Below are positions 1 through 13,853 of a stretch of 64,000 nucleotides of DNA, piece after piece. Source of the stretch: Lama guanicoe. Its lineage: Eukaryota. Positions within the stretch are counted from its first letter, which is position 1, and every line of letters begins with the position of its first letter. The stretch covers positions 2,406,927-2,470,926 of the forward strand of contig MU053513.1 in the NCBI GenBank assembly GCA_013239625.1, read 5' to 3'. The translations under genes and the position numbers were made by a program. The notes beneath the pieces were generated by a model. It had not been told where the DNA came from. It did no database searches and saw nothing but the letters and a program-made list of their open reading frames with translations.

Positions 1-1288
1 AGGCAAGAATATATAATGGAGAAAAGACAGTCTATTCAGCAAGTGGTGTTGAGAGAACTGGACGGCCACATGTTTATCAGTGAAGTTAGAACATTTCCCA
101 CACACAAAAATAAACTCAAAATGGCTTAAAGTGTTAAACATAAGACAAGACACCATAAACCTCCTAGAAGAGAACATAGGCAAAATATTCTTTGACATAA
201 ATCGTAGCAATGTTCTCCTAGGGCAGTCTCCCAGGACAATAGAAATAAAAGTGAAAATAAACAAATGGAACCTAATTAAACTTATAAGCTTTTGCATAGC
301 AAAGGAAACTGGCAACAAAACAAAAAGACAACCTATGGACTGGGAGAAAATATTTGCAAACAATGTGACCAACAAGGGCTTAATTTCCAAAATACACAAA
401 CAGCTCATACAACTCAGTAACAAAAAACCAAACAACCCAATCAAATAGTGAGCAGAAGACCTAAATAGACATTTCTCCAAAGAAGATATCCAGATGGCCA
501 ATAGCCACATGAAAAGATGCTCAACATTGCTAATTATCAGAGAAAAGCAAATCGAAACTACAATGAGGTGCCACTTCACACCAGTGAGAATGGCCATCAT
601 TAAAAAGTCTATAAATAAATGCTAGAGAAGATGTGGAGAAAAGGGAACCCTCCTACACTGTGGTGGGAATGTAAATTGGTGCAGCCAGTATTGAAAACTC
701 TATGGAGCTTCCTTAAAAAACTGAAAATACAGTTACTATATGATCCTGCAGTCTCACTCCTGGGCATACATCAAGAGAAAACTCTAATTTGAGAAGATGC
801 ATGCACCTCAGTGTTCATAGCAGCACTATTTACAAAAGCCAAGACAAGGAAGCAACCTAAATGTCCATTGACAGATGACTGGATAAAGAAGTTGTACAAT
901 GGAATACTACTCAGCTATAAAAAAGAACAAAAAAACACCATTTGCAGCAACATGGATGGACCTGGAGATTGTCATACTAAATGAAGTAAGTCAGACAGAG
1001 AAAGACAAATATCATATGATATCACTTATAATGTGGACTCTAAAATATGATACAAATGAACTTATTTACAAAACAGAAACAGACTCACAGACATAGAAAA
1101 CAAGCTTATAGTTACCAAAGGAGAAAGGTGGGTGGTGGGAAGGGGCAAATTAGGAGTCTGGTATTTGCAGATACAAAATACTGTATAGAGAAAAGCTAAA
1201 CAGCAAGAACCTACTGTACAGCATGGGGAACTATATTCAGTATCTGTGATAACCTATAATGGAAAATAAAAAATAAAAAACAAATAAA
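1..1288 (+). mobile_element. Relatively young LINE-1, 3' part (disrupted ORF2 C-terminus, 3' UTR, A-rich tail); 5' end outside window
   Basis: ORFs 80-448 ([13 protein letters not shown]...WEKIFAN) and 899-1096 (MEYYSAIKKN...FAATWMDLE) are typical L1 ORF2 C-terminal peptides broken by stops/frameshifts; G-rich 3' UTR tract ~1126-1146; A-rich end ~1263-1288. Confidence 0.95.
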
Positions 1289-1424
1289 GGGATTCAGAAA
1301 AGTATAAAAACCAAAAAACAAACAAACACAAAACCACCAAAGAATGGGCAGAAGTATATCAGCAAATGTAAACAAAACGCAGGGGTCACGATCTTAATAA
1401 AGCTTAGTAACAGACAATTTTTAA

Positions 1425-1635
1425 CCTAACATCTATCTAGCACTTACTATATGCCAGATCTTACCTTAAGTGCTTTTTATATATTAACTTATGTAATCCT
1501 CTTCAAATCCAGTGAGATAGTTACTACCATTATGTCCATTTTTTTGGATGAAGAAACTGGGGAACAAAGACGTATAACTTTGTAAGTGTGAAAGTCTGAA
1601 TTTAAACTTAACCAATCTGGAATTTGTGAACTTAG
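1425..1635 (-). mobile_element. MIR SINE
   Basis: Antisense MIR core 'agcacttactatatgccag...attatgtccattttt...gatgaagaaactg'. Confidence 0.75.
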
Positions 1636-1822
1636 TCACATTTCCTGCTTATCCAGGCAAAAAAGCATTAAGTGAGGAAAAAAAGGAATGTTAAAGGATG
1701 CGACTCGCAATGCAGAATATGAGTCACAAATCTGTATATACACAAAAAGACAGTATCAAGACTGATGCAGTAAAACCCAAAAGAGGTATTTTAAAGGAGA
1801 AATGATAGTAAAGGGACTTTAG

Positions 1823-1990
1823 TTTTCTTAACAACATAATGAGATGTAATTCACTTACCCTATCTTTCACACAACTGCATGTACAATCCAATGGCTTTTA
1901 CTATATTCATAGGGTTGTGCATCCAGCACTATGATCAATTTTAGAACATCTTCATTACCCCATAAAGAAACTCTGCATCCATTAGCTACA
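1823..1990 (-). mobile_element. L1 (L1MB-like) 3' end fragment
   Basis: 'gagatgtaattcacttacc...tatattcatagggttgtgcatcc...caattttagaacatcttcattacccc' resembles an antisense L1MB 3' terminus. Confidence 0.7.
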
Positions 1991-2012
1991 GTCATGGAGA
2001 TCTAAATGTACA

Positions 2013-3300
2013 TTTTTCTTTCTTTCTTTTTTAAAATATAAATTGTATGTATTTAAGGTGTACAACAAAATTTGGTACACATACACATAGCAAAATGATT
2101 GCTACAGTTAAACTTAATCTATCATCTCACATAGTTGGCATTTTGTGTCTATCATGAAAGCATCTGAAATGTACAGTATTCAGCACAGTAGTAGTAACAA
2201 TAGTCACCATGCCGCACATTAGATCTCTAGACTTACTCTTCCTGTATAGCTGTGTTTGTACCCTTTGACAAACATTGTCCCACTTCCCCCACCCCTTGGC
2301 CACTGGTAACAACTATTCTACTCTCTGCTTCTGAGTTTGACTTTTTTTTTGGATTCCACATATAAGTGAAATCATGCAGTCATTTGCCTTTTTCTGTCTG
2401 ACTTTTATCACTTAGTATAACGTCCTTCAGTTTCATCTATGTTGTTACGGTGACAGGATTCCCTTCTTTTTTAAGGCTGAGTAGTATTCCATAGTGTATA
2501 TGCACGTGTGTGGTCATCAGGTTTTATTTATCCATTTGTCCATCAGTGGACACTTAGGTTGATTACATACTTTGGCTAATGTGAAAAATGCTGCAGTGAA
2601 CATGGGAGTGCAGATATCTCTTTGAGATTCTTATTTTATTCCGTTTGGATATACACATAGAAGAAGGATTGCTCGATCATGAGGTAGTTATATTTTTAAT
2701 TTTTTGAGAAACCTCCATACTGTTTTTCCATAGTGGCTGCACCAATTTACATTTTCATCCATAGTACACATAGGTTCCCTTTTCTCTGCCCCCTCTCCAA
2801 CACTTGTGATCTATTGTTTTCTTGATAATAGCTATTCTAACAGGTGTGAGATTATATCTCATTGTGGTTTTGATTTGCATTTCTCTTGATGATTAACGAT
2901 TTTGAGTATCTTTTCATACATAAGTTGGTCATTTAAATATCTTTTTTTGAGAAATGTCTATTCAGATTCTTTGCCCATTTTTTAATTGAGTCATTTGTTT
3001 TCTTGCTATTGAGTTGTTTGCATTCTTCATATATTTTGAATATTAAGCTCTTTAACATATGTATGGTTTTCAAATGTTTTCTCCCTGTTCTGTAGGTTGT
3101 TTCTTCACTCTATTGACAGTTTCCTTAGCTGGCTAGAAGCATTTTCAGTTTGATTCAATTCCTTTTGTTTATTTTTGCTTTTGTTGCTTGTGCTTTGGGG
3201 GTCATATCAAAAAAATCACTGCCCAGACTAATATCAAGAAGACTTTGCTCCATGCTTTCTTTTAATAGTTGTACAGTTTCAGGGTCTTAAAGTCTTTAAA
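2013..3300 (-). mobile_element. L1 (L1MA9-like) 3' part
   Basis: T-rich start, antisense 3' UTR 'aaattgtatgtatttaaggtgtacaac', then antisense ORF2 end ('gattccacatataagtga', 'catgggagtgcagatatctct'). Confidence 0.9.
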
Positions 3301-3484
3301 GAACAGATAATTGTACAGTGATTTTAATACTTTCAGAGCCTAGACAAAAAGGAAAATCTTCCACTTCCTTTTATGAAGTCAGCATATTGAACCTCAAAAA
3401 AGAATAAAAGGAAGAGAAGACTATGGATGTCTCACTTCTGAACAGTGACACAAAAATCCTAAATAAGAATAAAATTAACAAGTA

Positions 3485-4040
3485 ATTTTTAAAAACCTTT
3501 TCATAATCCAATATACACATATGGAAAAACTGCGTTAAATATAAATGTAAAGCTCCATGAATTATTATAAAGCACAGCCTAAGCAAATACTGCCCAGGTC
3601 AAGAATTCAAACATCACCAGCATACTAGGAACCCCTCAGGTAACTTTACCCAATTATTCTTTTCCCTCCTTTAAAGATAACTACTATCCTAACTTTTATT
3701 ATAATCATTTTCTTATTTGTTTATATGTTTATCACCTAATTATGCATCTCTAAACACTCTGGTTTAGTTTTGCCCATTTTTGAATATTATATAAATGCAA
3801 TCATGCAGTATATATTCTTCTGTGTCTTGCTTTTGGGGAGAATTAAAGTTATATTTGTAAAATTTATTCATCTTGGTGCAATTTTTTATTTGATGCAATC
3901 TGTTTACAATCTGTTAATTTCCTTTCATGTATAGTATTTCATGAATGAAAATACCTCAATTTGCCTACTATTCTGTTGGTTAACTTGTAGATTATTTAAA
4001 GTTTTTGATGCTATAATGTTGCTCTAAACATTCTTACCCT
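3485..4040 (-). mobile_element. Old L1 (L1ME-like) 3' fragment
   Basis: 'cccaggtcaagaattcaaacatcaccagca...atataaatgcaatcatgcagtatatattcttctgtgtc' resembles an antisense L1ME 3' end. Confidence 0.65.
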
Positions 4041-5141
4041 GCAGAATTAAAAATCATTATGACCAAGTGGAATATAGCCTAGGAATGCAAAGATAGTTCA
4101 ACATTAGGAAACATGTAGGTGTAATTTATCATTTTAATAGGTCAAAAGGAAAAATAATATGATAATTTCCTCAGATACAGAAAAATATTTGAAAGAATTA
4201 AGTCGTCTTGGATAAAAAAGTAATTATTGGTTACTTGCTTCATATGAGGTAATGTAGCCATCTCCATCCCAAAGTGTCATTCTTAGTAGAGAAACACTAG
4301 AAGTATCTTCACACACAAAGGATACCAAGTATTAAGATTATTATCTAACAATGTATGAGACTTACAATCTCATAAAATTATGATGAGAAAAAATGATGAG
4401 AGGTATAAAACTTGGAAAAGAGAAAGAATGATAAGATTTTATATTTAAAACCCTAGACTAGCAATAAAGAAATGCAGTAATGTATCAGCTTATAAAATTA
4501 ATATACAGAAATCAATAGCCTTCATACAAGACTCCATTTACAACAGCAACAAAAATAATAAAATACCTATGAATAAATTTACTGAGAAAATATCCAGGAT
4601 TCCATTGGGGGAAAAATCCTCTAAAAAAGGCATAAAGAATATAGCAGAAGACTTCAACAAATCAAGAGGCACACTACATATTTTGATATGAAGATTCAAA
4701 ATCATAAAGATTCAACTTCCCTAATTTATACTTTTAAATCAGATCTAATAAAAACAGCAACATGTGTTTTCCTGTAACCAGACAAGCTGATCTTCAATTT
4801 TATAAGCTAGAGTCATCAAGAAAACAAGAGAGGGAGAACTCACTTTTTCAGAAATTAAAATATTCTGTAAAGCTTCAGTAATTAAAGCAGTCTGTTTCTG
4901 GTGTGTAATAAGGCAAATGAATCAATCCAATCAGCACATAAAGCACTGGAGAAAATTACCAGACAATCTCATTCGTAACTACAGTTGTAAAAGTCCTGAA
5001 TTAAACATTAGCAAACAATGTAGCCATCCACCCACACACCCATAGCCACCCCCATACCCACACCCACACCCACACACACACAGGTTAAGAGGAGACTGCG
5101 GCAGTTAAGCTGAGTCACCTTGGTGGCTTGGATTAGGGGAT

Positions 5142-5649
5142 TGCATTAATTTTCTATCACATTGTAACATATTAACACAAGCATAGGCGCTTAAAACAAC
5201 ACGACTTTCATTTTCCATTCTGTCAGTCAGAGCCCGATACAGGGCTAAAATCGTGGTGTCAACAGCGGTATGTTCCCTCCTGGATGCTCTGAAAAAGAAT
5301 CCATTTCCTTGCCTCTTCCAGCTTCCGGAGACTACATGCATTCCTTGGCTCAAGGCCTCCACCCCGCACTTTCAAAAGCAGCAATGTCGCATCTCTCCCA
5401 CTTCCTTTTTGTAGCCACATCTCCCGTTGACTCTGACTTCAGCTGGGGAAGACTCTCCTGTTAAGGACTCACAGGATCAGGCTGGGTTCACCTGGATGAT
5501 ACAGGATAATCTCCCCGTCTCAAGGCCCCTGACTTTAGTCCCATCTGCAGAGCCCCTTTTGGGAAGGTAAGGCGAGGACTTTGCAGGTTCGGGTGTGAGG
5601 CTGGTCCCGTTTAGGTCATGGCTGTGGGCTTTCCTTCTGCCTTATCACA
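5142..5649 (-). mobile_element. MaLR solo LTR (MLT1D/E-like)
   Basis: TG...CA ends; MLT1 phrases 'gcttaaaacaacac', 'gaatccatttccttgcctcttccagcttc', 'caggataatctcccc'. Confidence 0.85.
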
Positions 5650-7319
5650 GAGGTAGACACGCAAACGGACATGCCCAACGTGTGGGTAAGGACATACTCA
5701 GATTATTCACCAGAGCCTGAGAAGCAGTCTGGCTGCCTCAGGTAGCCTCTACCTACCTACTGAACTCGATCCCCACCCCACTCTTTGTATGATGATCATC
5801 TACACCAGGCCGTCCTATCATTTAGACACCTCACTCTTCAACTCAGGCCTGTCCTGAATTTGTTCCGTAGTCCCCATCTTGCTCAGTCCTACTTATGATC
5901 TCTTCTCAAGGTCAAAAACAAGTCTGTGGTTACGCACAATTCCATGGTGGTTTTGTAGGCAGAACTGTCTGCTCTAATAGGAATGGTCATAAATGCACAG
6001 CAATCTGACTAGCCACAGCACTCACTCTGTGATCTTAGCCTATCATCAATAAAGTATTGTCTGGTCATATTAAACTTGATTTATTTTCTACCTGGAAAAA
6101 AAGAGTATGGCAATTTGAGCTGTTAGCCACATTCTTTCATGTGATAAGAAATTAGACAGGTTCTAGCTACCGGGCAGTATCACTCTACTAACATAGTCCC
6201 TGCTTACTCCCTCCTTAGCTCTGTCTGTTCCCAGTTATCCCACCAGTTCCCTTCTCTGCTCTCACCAGATCTCCCACAAATGTCCCTAACAGTCGTGTGC
6301 ATACATTTCCACAAGACGGAAGAGATTCATTTCAGGAATGAGGCTTTGAGAAGCCAGTTCTATTCCCATACCGGTATGACGTCTAACATAAACTCTTAAA
6401 AAAAAAAAAAGTCAATGTTCAGCCAATTCCTTCAAAGCCCTTGGTAAACAGTAAGGAATCAAAAGTCTCCCTTCACTTTTGGAGTCCAAAGAACACACTA
6501 ATGAGTGGAAAACAACCACCACATTTCTGGTCTTTTCAGACTAAGAAAAAAGAGGCTGCTTAAAATGCAAGATGAATGTGCAGTATTTGAGTTTAAAAGA
6601 TCAAATTAACACCATCTCTTTGTTACATCCTTTATTTTTTATACTCTTCTTAAAATAAGCATGTATGTGTGTGCATGTACGAGAGAGAATTCTTTGAGTC
6701 TCAACCATGCTTCACCCTTAGGTATTCATTTCAATACTGTACCCTATGCCTTTAGATCTTTGGCTGCTACTGATAATGAAAACACTTCATAAATTTGCTT
6801 TGAATTTTCCGACCCCCACTCTAGGTCTGCATTGTATAAACAGGTCTTTGTTAAAATGGAAGTAAGCGACGTTATCACACACAGCGACTGAGCTTTGGGT
6901 CTGTAATTGCATCTCCTCCAAGTCCTCTTGACGTTCCACTGTAGACCTCTAAACTTTCTGTGAGCTGCTTGACATTTGATCTGGGATCATCCAGGCTGCC
7001 CTTCCCAGGCTCTTCCCTTCACTGTGCCTTTAAACTCCTTGTGGCAGTGATGTGACTAGAAATGAACACTCTGCTTCAGACACAGCCAGCAAGTAGCTCT
7101 GAATTTTTTATCATATTTTCTTCAACCTTCTTCCTCAACTTTTCCTCTTAGTTATTCCGTCTATCTCTCAGACTATGTGTGTGTTCAGTTGTTTCAGCGT
7201 CTTTTTTTGAATTTACCAAATGATTTCTTTTTTAATCAGCCAACTGTCTAGCTGACTAAATAATTGTTTAGTCTTGGTTTCATTTTGGACAGTTAGCCCT
7301 CACCAGTTGCTTGATATTA

Positions 7320-7920
7320 ATCAATTCATTCACGCGGCCAACAAAAAATTTAATTGGCTATTTCTGTGGACCAGTCTTCATTCTAGGCTTGGGATCATGG
7401 GCTGACAAAAATAAACCCTGTTCCTACACTCATGAAGGTGATAGTCTGGAGGTGGTGGAGGAGAACATAGTTAATGGAATGATCCTGCAAAACAAGTAAA
7501 AATATAACTGCAAGAAATACCCCAGAAGTACCAGTTACTATGAGAATGTGTGACAGGGTCATTCAAGGAAGACTTCTCTGGAGAAGTGATACTTGACCAG
7601 AGATCTAACAGATGTTGACTAAGGAAAGAGATAGGACAGGTACATTCAAGGGAGGAGGAACAGCCAGGCAGCGGGAGCAGCATATGCAAACATCTTCCGG
7701 TGGCAAGAAGCATGGAATGTTTGAGAAACTGAAGTGAGGCCAGGGCGGTTGGTGCAGAGAGAGCAAGAGAGCTGGGGTGGCAGAGGACAGCAGGGAAGCA
7801 GGCACAGGGCAGACAACAGAAGAGCTCACAGGCTCCCATGAAAATTTCGTTCCTGACTCCCAGACAAGGAAAAACTATGGAAGGGCTTATCCAAGGGAGG
7901 GTGACATCATTCAGTTTTCA
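7320..7920 (-). mobile_element. L2 LINE 3' part
   Basis: Antisense L2 end 'aattcattca...caacaaa', 'aggaagacttctctggagaagtgatacttga', 'agcatatgcaaa'. Confidence 0.85.
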
Positions 7921-9989
7921 TGCCTCCTGCCTTATTTATTTATTTCCATCCCAGAGACATGCATGTGCTATGAATAGTAACTGTACACGGGATAACACAC
8001 AGAGTTTCAAATAACATCAGACCTTTTGAATGTGCAAGACAGAGATTCTTAATTGAATTCATGACCTAGTCCCTCTAAAGGTGCTTTATGGGCAATGTTC
8101 AGGCATCTACTTGGGTGGCCATTCTGGGGTATACCCATAGAATATATATTGTAAAGAGGGGTATTAGTGGTCCTTTCTATTAACCACTTCTTAAACTAAA
8201 TGAAGAGGCTGCAGAGCACACAAGTGCTCCTATGTTCATTTCTGCTCAGAGATCTTTATTTTCTCATCAGTCTCCAAAGAAACATAAACTGCTTCTGATG
8301 GAGCACCTCTAGAGGCTTTCATGGGGGACGGAATAGTCCCTGAGAACCCACTTTGGGCAAGACTTCCACGGAGACTCTTGGGAGAGAAGGAGGTAGAAGT
8401 TGCTCATGAGAAGATAAAATCTTAATGAAAAATTTAGGACATAAGCAAGTGACTAACAGTGTGACACAGCAGGAAGCTGCTCCGAGAAATCTGATGAGGA
8501 GCCAGCATTGGAGGATGCTTTGTCCTCAAAATACTCAGCAGAAGTGAGAGCCTCGAGTGCCGAGAGGCTGGCACTCTACTTCTGTAAGAATTTACAATCG
8601 TTTTCCCCTGTCTCTGTCCGTTTTGTGCTTCAAAAAGCATCAGCCACTTTTGGACAAGGTCCTAGCCTGCCCTTCGTTCCTCTAAGCGTCTGTCCATTTC
8701 TAAGCAGATGAAGCGTGCTGCCTTATGTTCTCCTGCGCCCACGCGCCAGAACAGAAGGTCTAGATCAGCAAGCCAAAAGCAAGGAATACTTCCAGAAGAA
8801 TTCAAGGGTGAAAGGTGAAAAGCAAACCACACACACACACAGAGAAACACATGGCTATAAAGTGATACAATTATGCTACCTCTATAGCTTTAAAATATGC
8901 AAAATATGTAATTGTATTTACATTAAAAAGCCAAAAAGGTAAGAACAAATACGTGCAGGCTTTGAATTTCTGTGCATTTACTAAATACAGTCCTCTCTGC
9001 ATAGGTCCTCTGGAACCTACAGAGGTCAATAAGGGGAGCAACCAAGAGCACCCACCACCTCTATCCAGAGCATAACTAGAAGACAGAGAGTGCTCCAAAT
9101 CTCAGCTTGCACAGAGGTAGGGAAAGAAGAACCTGGGATCTGCAGAGCCAGCGCAGAAGACGTGCTGGAGCTGAGCACCGGCTGAAGAATGCTTGGGAAA
9201 GAGGAGAAGGCAGCGGGGCCAGGCAGAGGCAAAGCACGTAACATCATTCCGAGTAGGAAGATGTCCCGCTCTGAGCGGATAAACACTGACAAAGGTCTAT
9301 AGTCTGTTGGATCAGAGCACCATTACTGGGGTCACAGAAGGAGAAGGCTGTCCAGAAGTGGCAGTCTTGCAAAGTCACCTTTTTGGGGAGAGAAGAGGTG
9401 TCCTTAAAGCTCAGGTGATGGAGTGGAAGGAGGAGATTATTAAGTGTTGGAGACTGAACCCATCAGAACAGAATGAGAAGGGACAACGCCCCCCAACAAA
9501 GGGTGCCATGTATTTTTGAAAAAGTGCTCTTAACGATATCAACAGAAGACAGGGTTTTCAAACTAAGAAACTAAGGGAGTCTCCCCCAAACCTTACCACT
9601 GTCTACACAGAATCCCCTGTTATTGCTGACTCAGGAAAATGCAAGACCATTCAAAGCTAAAAGAGCAGATATCATTCCCACTAAGTCACTATAAGACCCT
9701 GGAGAGTAAGAATCAAAATATTTCAGCAGGTGAAAATTCTTCCCCTTCAAAAAAACTACAAAGCAGAAGAAAACTGTGACACAAACCCCAACTGAATTAA
9801 ATATCCATGAAAAGCACTTTCTATATTAAAAAAAATAAAACCTCTAATCAGAAATACAAAAGCTTGGAACAGAAATGCACAAATTTTTGAAAGACAATGT
9901 GAAACACGAATTAATTAAACAAGGAATCATGCAAGCCCCATCACAATGGAGAGAGGTGGCTCTCAGCACCTCAGTCGAGGACTGTATTT

Positions 9990-11090
9990 AGCACCAATAA
10001 TGGAGCAAACGGACATTCTGAGCTTCCTGGTGTGATGCGCCACGGGGACACAATATCACCTATGTAGTGTGCTTTCCAAAAATATTTAGCCTGAATCTAA
10101 ATGAAGAAATAATCAAACAAATCTAGAATATGGGACATTCTCGAGGGCATCTGGCTTAGACCCTTTGAAACTGTCAGTGACATGAAAGAAATGGAGACGG
10201 TATTCTTCTGGTAAAAGGAGACTAAAGAGACATAATAAATGGGACGTCTGATCCTTTATTTGACCCTGATTTGGTAAAAAAAAAAAGTCAGTTATAAAGA
10301 ATATTTTTGGAATAAATGGGGAAATTTAAATATGGTCTGTATCTCATGTAAATTATGGTATCAAATGTTAAGTTTATTTTGTTGCAGTCCTTGCATTCTG
10401 GTTATATAGGACAATGCTTTTTTGTCTTAGCAGCTACAGTCTGGCTGAAGTATTTAAGGGTGTGGTGACATGTCTAGTACTGACTTTCAAATGGATCAAC
10501 AAATCTGTGTGTGGATTGATGCATGTGTGCAGACATGGATGGATGGAGTTAAAGATAAAGCAAATGTGTCAAAATGTTAATAATTAGTGAATGTAGGTGT
10601 GCCCCCAAATTCACATCTACCCAGAAGCTCAGAATGTCAGCTTGTTTAACAATAGGGTCTTTGCAGATGTAATTCATTAAACTAAGATGAGGTCATCTGG
10701 ATTCAGTTGAGCCCTAAACCGAATATGATTGCTGTTCTTATAAGAGGAAAGGAGACACAGAGACACACAGGGAGGAAACCCATGATGACCTAGCAATAGG
10801 CAGAGATTCGAGTGATACGAGGAATGCCCAGGACTGCCAGCAATCACCAAGTTAGGAAGAGGCAAAGAATTCTTTCCAAGAGCCTTCACAGGGAGTATGG
10901 CTTTGCGGACACCTTGATTCCAGACCTCTTGCCTCCAGAGTTGTTTCTGTTGTTTGAGTCCTCCAGTTTGTGTTAATTTGTTATGGCATTCCCAGGAAAC
11001 CAAGACGGTAGGTAAAGGAAAAAGTCTTCACTGAAAATACTTCGGGTTTTTCTGTAGGTCTGACATATTTCAGAATCACAAGTTGGGAAA
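9990..11090 (+). mobile_element. L1MC4/5-like 3' UTR, split by an MLT1 LTR
   Basis: 'cacaatatcacctatgtagtg...ccaaaaatatttagcctgaatcta', 'tgggacattct', 'caaaatgttaataattagtgaat'; resumes after 11012. Confidence 0.75.
10598..11007 (+). mobile_element. MaLR solo LTR (MLT1B/C-like) with 5-bp TSD GTAGG
   Basis: 'aatagggtctttgcagatgtaatt', 'gacaccttgatt', 'ttgttatggca...ggaaac'; GTAGG at 10593-10597 and 11008-11012. Confidence 0.9.
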
Positions 11091-11668
11091 GAAATAAAAA
11101 TAAATGAAATAAAAAAATTTTTAAGAACTTATGCACAGGAAAAAATTAATCAACCAAATTTATCTCCCCAATAGTTACAAGAAATCCCTGCCCCTCACCG
11201 ACCTCAGAAAACCTCCCAGCCTCTGTGTTAAAAAGCGTGCTTCATCATCTCCGTCCCTCCTCCCCAAATTTAGGCTCGGGATCTTATATGACTTTGGTTT
11301 TTGAGTAGGACTGCCAGATGTTCAGAACCGGGGAGACAGCTGGGAGTTATACTGCTACGTCATGGAAATGCAGGTGGCCTTCAATAGAAGTGAGTAGAGG
11401 GAAGTTTCTGAAAAGAGGATAAATGGACAAAACAGAGCCTCCATTCAAAGGATGAGAGACAGCATCATCTAACAAGTCAAAATATGAGCAAAGCCAGTAT
11501 TGGGCTTGGATTGGGACAAAGAGACAAAGACGGTGTTAGCTGCACACAGAAGGGGATGAGCCAGGGGAGGAGATAGGCTAGACATGGTAGCAGGCCTTCT
11601 GTAGCCCAAGACAGCTGTTTAGTCTGTGGGCTTGGAACGGTCTTCCAGGGTCTGGATTTGGGTTATCT

Positions 11669-11744
11669 CTTTCTTTTTTCAACTGAAGTATAGATGGTTT
11701 ACAATGTTGTGTTAATTTCTGGGGTACAGCATAGTGATTCAGTT

Positions 11745-11803
<59 letters not shown>

Positions 11804-12396
11804 TCAGATATATATATATATATATATTCCTTTTCATAGTTTTTCTCATTATAGGCTAGTACAAGACATTGAACATAGTTCCCTGGGCTATACAGTAGGA
11901 CTTTGCTGTTTATCTAGTTTATATATAGTAGTTAGTATCTCCAAATCCTGAACTCCCAATTTATCCCTCACTAACCCCTTTCCCCTCTGGTAACCATAAG
12001 TCTGTTTTGTATGTCTGTGACTCTGTTTCTGTTTTATAAATAAGTTCATTTGTGTCATTTTTTTTAAGATTCCACATATAAGTGATATACATGTGGTATT
12101 TTTCTTTCTCTTTCTGGCTTACTTTACTTTAATGACGATCTCTAGGCCCATCCATGTTGCTGCACATGGCATTATTTTATTCTTTTTTATGGCTGACTAG
12201 TATTCCACTGTATTTATATGCCACATCTTCTTTATCCAATCATCTGTCAATAGACATTTGGGCTGCTTCCATGTCTTGGCTATTGTAAATAGTACTGCTG
12301 TGAACATTAGGGTGCATGTATCTTTTCGAATTAGAGTTTCCTCTGGATATATGCCCAGGAGTGGGACTGCTGGATCATATGGTAAGTCTATTTTCA
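11669..12396 (-). mobile_element. Young 5'-truncated L1 3' end, inserted in a MIR
   Basis: Reverse complement resembles the L1 at 1-1288 (~730-1260); flanking repeat GGTTATCT at 11661-11668 and 12397-12404; MIR-like sequence continues ~12405-12515. Confidence 0.92.
11745..11826. repeat. Compound (TA)n(CA)n(TA)n microsatellite in L1 3' UTR
   Basis: Directly visible dinucleotide runs. Confidence 0.97.
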
Positions 12397-13649
12397 GGTT
12401 ATCTGTTATTCTGCCTCTGTGATGTTAGAAAAATGGGAATAATAATCGTACTCTTACAGGGTTGTTGTAAGAAACAAAGCTGCAAATTACTTAAAATAGT
12501 TCCTGCATCACAGCATTGTGAATGTTTTAGCTGTTTATCTGTCTTGAATCTTGGGCCTGGGTTAGGTACGTGGCTTCACCCATTAGTCTCAAACTATGGT
12601 GGATGCAGAAGTGATTTTAACAGAGTTTCATTCTGAAATTTTGGAATTATCATGCTCAGGGTTTCAAGGTATGAGGGAAAGAATTCTGCTAACTGCAAAA
12701 CTATTGATACAATTTTAGTTTCCTTTTGAAGTTTTTGTAATTTTCTACAATAAGGCAGTGCTAATTTGATATCAGAAAAAAGGAAAGATCTAACCATGTC
12801 CCTCTTACACTTCATCTTCCCATTGAAAAAATGGAGGTGGTGGGGAGGAAAGATTATTCCTTTTGTTTTAAAGAATAATAGCATCAGTTAAGAAGCAGAA
12901 GTGCTCAATTGCCCCACAGCCCGGTCCTAGCCTCGCCCAGGCAGCTGACCCTGGGGCTGGCTGCTCAGCAGGTCAGGAGATCCTCAGTGGAGAATCAGTG
13001 AAAAATTAAAAAAAAACTCAGATTGACTTTAGTGAATTAGTCTGATGAAAATACACAAGCTCAAGCAGGAAAGCAAAAGGATATCAACAAGTTTGGATGT
13101 TTATTTAATGTGAATTGCTGGACTTCATTATAGAAAAAACATTGATTGACAATCACTAACTTCCAAACAAAACCCGATGTGTATACAGTTGAAAATAAAA
13201 TCGATAAAAACTTCAGCAGTCATCTCACTGTCCCAGGTTTCAGAATGCTAGAGCCCTAAGTTTTTTTTTTAAATAATTTATTCCATTTTTAAAAGGGCAC
13301 AGTGAATAGAGAGTATGGTTGAAAAATGTTATTAAAATATAAATATGTGTAGCCTCTGACCTAATGACTACCATAGTGATTGCTGAATTTATCTGTGTCT
13401 CTATGTAAACAAATTAAACAAATGTTGGCTTGACAGGCATGATGGTCACAAATTCTTAGACTTAAGAATCTTAAGAGGGCCCTTAAAGTATATCCAATCC
13501 AGCTCTCTATGCAAAGTGGGCATTACAATATGCAGCACAAGTGATGGTAGTCAGGCTCTCAGATGCCGTCTCCAGACCTCTCTCTGCCTGTGCCACCCTG
13601 GTATTAAAAAATCTGTAATAAAAAAACAGCAAACGCTGTCTGTTTGAAT

Positions 13650-13853
13650 CATAGCACCTGCTTTTATCCCCTTTATGCCACTTACAACAATTGTAACACC
13701 ATTTTTTATTGGTGCTTTTTTTCCTTCATCGTCTGCCCTCCCACTGGACTATAAGTTCTTTCAGGGCAAAAGTCTTGAGGCTTTGCTTGCTCCGGTGTCC
13801 CTTATCCCTTCTGCATAGCCCAGAACTCATCAACTATTTGTTAAATTAATGAA
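13650..13853 (+). mobile_element. L2 3' end
   Basis: 'cccactggactataagttctttcagggca...ctcatcaactatttgttaaattaatgaa'. Confidence 0.75.

Larger units (their letters stand above)
1335..5020 (+). mobile_element. Ancient, highly decayed L1 ORF2 (EN to RT region) in pieces at ~1335-1400, ~1650-1822, ~3320-3480, ~4040-5020
   Basis: Collinear ORF2-like phrases, e.g. 'atgaccaagtggaatatagcctaggaatgcaaagatagttcaacatta' and 'cttctgaacagtgacacaaaaatcctaaataa', separated by other insertions. Confidence 0.7.

Noticed and set aside
80..1096. ORFs of 122 and 65 aa as host genes
   Set aside because: They are disrupted L1 ORF2 fragments, as are ORFs at 24349, 37415, 38301, 51383 and 51586.
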